The translations under genes and the position numbers were made by a program. A model generated the notes under the pieces. The model was not told the origin of the DNA. It saw only the letters and a list, made by a program, of their open reading frames with translations, and made no database searches. A stretch of DNA of 64,000 nucleotides from an uncultured delta proteobacterium. Lineage in GTDB: Bacteria > Myxococcota > Myxococcia > Myxococcales > Myxococcaceae. This document shows, piece after piece, positions 59,116 through 64,000 of the stretch (position 1 is its first letter; every line of letters begins with the position of its first letter). The stretch lies in the NCBI GenBank assembly GCA_963771175.1, contig CAVYSY010000021.1, forward strand, positions 128,001-192,000. The letters are read 5' to 3'.

Positions 59116-60270
59116 ATGGGCGCACCCGTCGAGGACGAATACGAAGTGCGACTGGAGGGCCGGGCCGTGCTGCTCGAGCCCGCCCGGAAGCGCTACTACC
59201 GCCTGGTGCTGGAGCTGGCCGACTCCCGGTGGGAGGAGCGGCTGCGCCAGCAGTTGCCCCTGCTGCGCGAGGTGGTCGCCACCCATGCCGAGGTGGACGA
59301 GCTGCTCGCCCGTGCCCTCCGCCGCGCCGAGGCCGAGGCCTGGCCCACCAGCAACCCGACCGTCCGTGGTCTGTACGAGGTGCGCTCGCTGAGGGATCAG
59401 CTCGTCCGGGAGGTGGCCCGCAAGATTGGACGGAGCCCCCTGGAGCCCCTCGGGCGGCTGATGATCGCCCTGGAGGACTGGCTGCTCACCCTTCCGCGCG
59501 TGGTGCCTCCCCACCAGCGCTGGAGCGTCGCGCTGGAGGTGCTCCCGGACTCGCTGCCCGCGCTCCGCGAGGCCACCGAATTCGGGGACGTCCTGGCGTC
59601 GCTCTTCGCCCAGCCGATGCTCCTCACGGGCCGGATTCCCTTCTCGGGGGTGCAGCGCGAGGAGCTGCGCCTGTGGTGGCCGAGGGGCGAGGCGGCGCTG
59701 GCCTCGGTGTGGAACCGGCTGTCCGGGGTGGACCCCCAGGGCGGCATGGTGCAGGACCTTCGCAGGCAGGCCACCCGAGCCCCGCGGCAGCTCCCGCGCA
59801 ACGGCCCGGAGCGCCTGCTTCACGCCGAGTACTGGTTCCAGGAGGCCCGCTCCCTAATGCTGCGGCTCGTCCAGACGCGGGTGGCCCCGCTCGTCCCCGA
59901 GCCCTCCGAGTCCCTGGAGGTTCTCTGGTGGCTGTTCGAGCGCGAGTACGCCCCGCATGTCCGGCTGCTCTCCTCGGAGCGCCTGGAGGACGCCCGGGCG
60001 GGCCTGATCGAGCTGGCCTATGAGCTGTGGGATGCCCAGCGCTCGGATATTCCCGACGAGGAGCGTTGGTCCCCGGCTCGCTGGAGGCGCCTGGAGGAGC
60101 AGGCCTGGCGGGCGGATGAGTCCCGCGGTGGACCGGATGGCAAGCGGGTGCGCGAGGTCCTCCGGGGGCTCATCCAGCAGCACGGAATCGGCAGCACCAC
60201 CCTGCGCGGCTGGTGGGACTCCTCGCGACTGGTGGACCTGGTGCAACAAGCGCGCGAGCTCGTGCGTTGA
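59116..60270 (+). CDS. Hypothetical helical protein
   Basis: 384-aa ORF with GC3 bias; TATACT 10 nt upstream of the ATG. Confidence 0.7.
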   Translation: MGAPVEDEYEVRLEGRAVLLEPARKRYYRLVLELADSRWEERLRQQLPLLREVVATHAEVDELLARALRRAEAEAWPTSNPTVRGLYEVRSLRDQLVREVARKIGRSPLEPLGRLMIALEDWLLTLPRVVPPHQRWSVALEVLPDSLPALREATEFGDVLASLFAQPMLLTGRIPFSGVQREELRLWWPRGEAALASVWNRLSGVDPQGGMVQDLRRQATRAPRQLPRNGPERLLHAEYWFQEARSLMLRLVQTRVAPLVPEPSESLEVLWWLFEREYAPHVRLLSSERLEDARAGLIELAYELWDAQRSDIPDEERWSPARWRRLEEQAWRADESRGGPDGKRVREVLRGLIQQHGIGSTTLRGWWDSSRLVDLVQQARELVR

Positions 60271-60456
60271 GAACGGAAAAGGGGGGTAGGTGAGGGTGTC
60301 CTATGCCCCCCGGCCGGGCGAGTTCCGGCCCCCCTTTCTGGCTACCCCCCACCACCCCCGTGTTTCCCTTGTTGACGCTGGAAAATCCGGGGGTTAGGTA
60401 ACCCCGTTCCCCTGATGAGCCCCCCTCGGGCGGGCCCGTCCCCTACTCCAAATTTC

Positions 60457-63242
60457 ATGGCCGACGACACTACCGACAAGCCGGCAACTCCCCCCGTTCC
60501 TCCCGCTCCGGGTAGCGTGGGCGAGCTCATCCCCGTCAACATCGAAGACGAGATGCGCCGCTCGTATCTCGACTACTCGATGTCCGTCATCATCGGGCGC
60601 GCGCTGCCCGACGTGCGTGACGGCCTCAAGCCCGTGCATCGCCGCGTCCTCTACGCGATGAACGACCTGGGCAACTACCACAACCGCGCCTACAAGAAGA
60701 GCGCGCGCGTGGTGGGTGACGTGATTGGTAAGTACCACCCCCACGGCGACACCGCCGTCTACGACGCCATGGTGCGCCTGGCCCAGGAGTGGAGCCTTCG
60801 CTACCTGCTCGTGGATGGTCAGGGCAACTTCGGCTCGGTCGACGGCGATTCCCCCGCCGCCATGCGCTACACGGAAGTGCGCATGGACCGTCTGGCCGAG
60901 GAGATGCTGACGGACATCGACAAGGAGACCGTCGACTTCGGTCCCAACTACGACGACTCCACCGTCGAGCCGCTCGTCCTCCCCACCAAGTTCCCCAACC
61001 TCCTGGTCAACGGCAGCACGGGCATCGCGGTGGGCATGACCACCAACATCCCGCCGCACAACATGTCCGAGGTGCTCGACGGGACGCTGCACCTCATCGA
61101 CCACCCCGAGGCCACCGTCCGGGACCTGATGCAGTTCATCCCCGGGCCGGACTTCCCCACCGCCGGCATCATCACCGGCCGCGAGGGCATCATCCGCGCC
61201 TACGAGACGGGCCGCGGGCAGATCACCATCCGTGCCCGCACGGAGATCGAGACCTCCAAGAAGGGCGACCGTGAGAGCATCATCGTCACGGAGATTCCCT
61301 ACCAGGTGAACAAGGCGCGGCTCATCGAGAAGATCGCCGACCTGGTGCGCGAGAAGAAGCTGGAGGGCATCAGCGACATCCGCGACGAGAGCGACCGTGC
61401 AGGGCATGCGCATCGTCGTCGAGCTCAAGCGCGATGCCATCGCCGGGGTGGTGCTCAACAATCTGTTCGCCACCACCCCGATGGAGACCACCTTCGGGGC
61501 GGTGATGCTGGCCATCGACGCGGGCCAGCCGCGCACGCTCACCCTCAAGGAGCTGCTGGACCGGTTCATCTCGCACCGCCGCGACGTGGTGACGCGCCGC
61601 AGCCGCTTCGAGCTGCGCAAGGCTCGCGCCCGCCGCCACATCGTCGAGGGCTTGCTCGTCGCGCAGGACCTCATCGACCTGGTGGTGAGCCTGATCCGCG
61701 CCTCGAAGGATCCGGACGAGGCACGCTGGGGCTTGATGAACATCCTGTCGCCCGCGCTCTACGAGCACGAGCGCTTCAAGAACCTGCAGCGCATCGACTA
61801 CGAGAAGGCCAAGGCGCAGATGGAGATGCTCGTCTCGCGCGCGCGCGCCGAGGTGCCGAGCTACTCCGGGCCTGGAGCACCGCTACGAGGGCTCGGGCTT
61901 CAGCGAGGAGCAGGCGAAGAACATCCTCGAGATGCGCCTGCAGCGCCTCACCGGCCTGCAGCGCGAGGAGCTGTTCCGCGAGTTGGTGGACCTGGTGAAG
62001 GAGATCCTCCGCCTGGAGGACATCCTCGGCAACGAGAACAGCCTGCTCAACGTCATCAAGACGGAGCTCCAGGAGATCCGCGAGCGCTATGGCGACAAGC
62101 GGCGCACCGAGCTGGCCGGCGCGGCGGAGGAGATCACCAGCGAGGACCTCATCGCCGAGGAGACGATGGTGGTCACGCTGTCGCACACGGGCTACGTGAA
62201 GCGCTCGCCGCTCTCCGAGTACCGGGCGCAGAAGCGCGGTGGCCGAGGCAAGACGGGGGCGACGACGAAGGAGGACGATTTCGTCACCGACCTCTTCGTG
62301 GCGAGCACGCACGCCTACCTGATGCCCATTACGAACAAGGGCCGGCTGTACTCGCTGAAGGTGCACGAGATTCCGCTGGCGGGCCGCACCTCGCGCGGCA
62401 AGGCCATCGTGAACCTGGTGCAGTTCGGCGAGGGCGAGCGGCTGGCGCAGGTGCTGGTGACGCGGGAGTTCGTCGAGAACCAGTTCGTCTTCTTCGTGAC
62501 CAAGCGCGGCGTGGTGAAGCGCACGGACCTGTCGTCGTTCGCCAACGTGCGCTCCAGCGGCATCATCGCGCTGGGCATCGATGACGGGGACGAGCTCGTC
62601 GCGGTGAAGATTACGGACGGCACGAAGGACATCCTGCTGTCCACGGCCACCGGCATGAGCATCCGCTTCCCGGAGAGCGAAGTGCGCTCGATGGGGCGGC
62701 AGGCCTACGGCGTGAAGGGCATCACCCTGGAGGACGGCGACGAGGTGGTGGGCGCGGACGTGGTGGAGAAGGACACCACCATCCTCACGGTGACGGAGAA
62801 CGGCTACGGCAAGCGGACGGAGGAGGGCGAGTACCGTCAGCAGGGCCGCGGCGGCAAGGGCATCATCGACATCAAGACCACCGAGCGGAACGGCAAGGTG
62901 GTGGGCCTGGTCCAGGTGACGGACAAGGACGAGGTGATGCTGGTCACCAACGGCGGGATGCTCATCCGCATGAAGGCGAAGGAGATCTCCGTCATCGGCC
63001 GCAACACGCAGGGCGTGCGGCTGATCGCGCTGGAGAGCGCGGAGGAGAAGGTGACGGGCATCTCGAAGCTGCCGGAGTCCGACGAGGAGGGCGAGGAGAA
63101 CGGCGGCGAGACCGTGACGCCGGTCGAGGCGTCGGCGGAGTCGTCCGAGACCGCGCCGGTCGCCGAGGAGCAGGCCACCCAGGAGCCGGGTGCGGAGGAG
63201 TCGCCGTCGTCCGACTCCGAACCGGAGCCCGAGGCGAGCTGA
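60457..63242 (+). CDS. gyrA: DNA gyrase subunit A (apparent frameshifts near 61400 and 61870)
   Basis: [41 protein letters not shown] (catalytic Tyr), GyrA-box QKRGGRG, beta-pinwheel repeats, acidic tail. Confidence 0.95.
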
Positions 63243-63262
63243 GGCATCACCCACCGGGTGAA

Positions 63263-63348
63263 GGTGCCATGGGTCTCGAGTTGAACCCGTGGCACCCCTG
63301 AGAGGGCTGGAGCGAGGGTCTTCCCTCCTCCGGCCCTCTTCGCGTTTT
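63263..63348 (+). terminator. Tandem hairpins, probable intrinsic terminator after gyrA
   Basis: GGTGCCATGGGT...ACCCGTGGCACC, then AGAGGGCTGGAG...CTCCGGCCCTCT followed by TCGCGTTTT. Confidence 0.55.
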
Positions 63349-63626
63349 CAGTCATGACTTCGGGCTCCCATTGCTGGACCCTGCATCCCGAAGCGGAGAC
63401 GGTGAGGGGGGCTGCCCGCGCTGCAAGTGTTCGGACTCTGGGGCGAAGTGGGCGGCATGCCGGCTGCACGACCTGCGGAGACCTCTCTCACGGAGCCCAC
63501 ATGGATCCCGTCTCCTCGCGCAGCTCTCAGACCGTCTCCACCGCTGTTGATTCACCGGATGCGTCTTCCTTACCCGCAGTAGCGAAGGAGGGCGGCGTCA
63601 GAACCAGCAACCCATCCTCATCCGGG

Positions 63627-64000
63627 ATGGCGAGCAACATCGTCGAGAGTTATCTCGCCCAGCCGCGTGATGCCCAGGAGCCGCTCTGCCGTTCGCCGTC
63701 CCAGCCATTCAGCCGAGCGGACACTCCACAAGGAGAGGAGCTGAAGCTGCTGGAGATGCTCCGCGCTCGGCGGAATGAGCAGGCCGCGGCGGCGCTCGGT
63801 CGTGGCGTGGAACTCTGCAAGCGCACCGCGGACCTACCCGGCGCTCGCGAGCTCGATGTGAAGCACCATTGGTTGCGCACTGCCACGAAAGAAGCTGGCA
63901 TGGGACCAGCGGACGGAGGTGTTCCCGGCAATCGGATGGACTTGCCTTACGTGACGCAGACGCAGATCAACGATCACACCGGTCAGGGCCAGCTCGCTGG
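63627..64000 (+). CDS. Possible hypothetical protein running off the window
   Basis: Open frame from ATG 63627 (MASNIVESYL...KHHWLRTATKEAGMG...) to the window end; codon bias is weaker than in neighbouring genes. Confidence 0.4.
   Translation, partial: MASNIVESYLAQPRDAQEPLCRSPSQPFSRADTPQGEELKLLEMLRARRNEQAAAALGRGVELCKRTADLPGARELDVKHHWLRTATKEAGMGPADGGVPGNRMDLPYVTQTQINDHTGQGQLA

Noticed and set aside
60457..63242. gyrA pseudogene or programmed frameshifting
   Set aside because: Essential gene with all motifs intact, no slippery sites noticed, and the same indel pattern occurs elsewhere in the window.

Overview
High-GC window from a myxobacterium (Myxococcota, inferred from gene content and codon style). 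Scattered single-base indels split many genes, including essential gyrA, and look like long-read or consensus errors. Left to right: (1) a minus-strand operon encoding a pentaheme MtrC/OmcA-like lipoprotein cytochrome, a FIST/NosP sensor, a PAS hybrid histidine kinase with three C-terminal receivers and a response regulator; (2) a histidine kinase, a RapA-like SNF2 ATPase, hypothetical genes, an MsbA-like exporter and dnaJ; (3) a Ser/Thr kinase carrying a tandem MshEN c-di-GMP-binding motif; (4) a compact biosynthetic operon that I do not recognise as characterised: a DMATS-type aromatic prenyltransferase read in frame with a heme-oxygenase-like diiron oxidase (HDO), a kynureninase-like PLP enzyme and a SAM methyltransferase (best candidate for a new system); (5) convergent with it, a 19-gene, ~16.6 kb aryl polyene-type cluster with an ammonia-lyase and a halogenase-like enzyme; (6) lipoproteins (LpoA/LppC-like, WD40 with a retropepsin insert), a degenerate transglycosylase and a Ser/Thr kinase / Gly-rich lipoprotein / orphan CpaF block; (7) ung, a ParE-type toxin-antitoxin pair, a TPR protein and gyrA. 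No rRNA, tRNA, CRISPR array or transposase was seen. All family calls come from motif recognition by eye, not database searches.
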